DNA of 64,000 nucleotides from Octopus sinensis (Eukaryota), in assembly GCF_006345805.1 (NCBI RefSeq), contig NC_043018.1:6076001-6140000 (forward strand). Direction: 5' to 3'. The position numbers and the translations under genes were made by a program. Shown here piece by piece: positions 63,353-64,000 of this stretch (the first letter of the stretch is position 1; every line of letters begins with the position of its first letter). The notes under the pieces were generated by a model, which did no database searches, was not told the origin of the DNA, and worked only from the letters and a program-made list of their open reading frames with translations.

Positions 63353-64000
63353 TATATATACATACATGCATACATGCATATATATATATATGTGTGTGTG
63401 TGTGTATAGGTGCAGGTGTGGCTGCTTGTTAAGACGCTTGCTTCCTGACCACATTGTTTTAAGGTTCAGTTCCACTCTGTGATAGCTTGGGCAGTTGCAA
63501 CCACCACCCTACAATCATGCACTCCGCCACCCCCACTCACCTTTCTGTTTGTCTGACACCCCTCAACAACTACTGTAGGTTTGCTTTTATTTGTCAACAA
63601 AATACAATGAATCTTAGTCTTAAATAAGCACTGGGGTTGATTTGATACCCGTAACTTTTTAGTTGAAGAAATCCACCCCAGGACTTGTTCTTTGTAAGCC
63701 TAGTACTTATTTTATCGGTCTCTTTTGCTGAACTGCTAAGTTACAGTGACTTAAACACGCCAACATCAGTTGTCAAGCAATAGTGGGGTGACAAACACTA
63801 AAACACACACACACATGTGTATATGTATGTGTGTATATATACACACACACACATATATACACACACACACACATATATATATATACAATAGTTTTCTTTC
63901 AGTTTCCTTCTACCAAATCCACTCACATGGCTTCGGTCAGCCCAAGACATTTGTCCAAGGTGCCATGCAATGGGACTGAACCCAGAACCATTGTGGTTGG

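Overview
This is eukaryotic, AT-rich DNA dense in microsatellites and SINEs. The repeat families look like those of an octopus-type coleoid cephalopod (inference). Most of the window is one + strand gene, WDR91. I reconstructed 15 coding exons from 1539 to the TGA at 51094-51096: 2412 nt, phase-consistent, 803 aa. The first coding exon lies upstream of the window, so exon numbers are provisional. The intron at 4962-7533 is a minor-spliceosome (U12) AT-AC intron. The first coding exon of a second + strand gene, SMIM8, is at 61162-61296. Introns and intergenic DNA hold tRNA-derived SINEs, RTE/CR1 LINE ends, a full-length dead mariner, a rosa-like Tc1/mariner, an internally deleted piggyBac, several MITEs, Helitron/Helentron-like elements and a Penelope-like GIY-YIG remnant. 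The most unusual signal is a cluster of three type I hammerhead-ribozyme-like motifs within 1.7 kb of the 25-kb WDR91 intron (23390-23432 +, 23555-23635 +, 25007-25086 -). They sit in (TA)n-flanked inverted-repeat elements next to a candidate alternative terminal exon. All calls come from reading the sequence and from recalled protein families; no database search was run.
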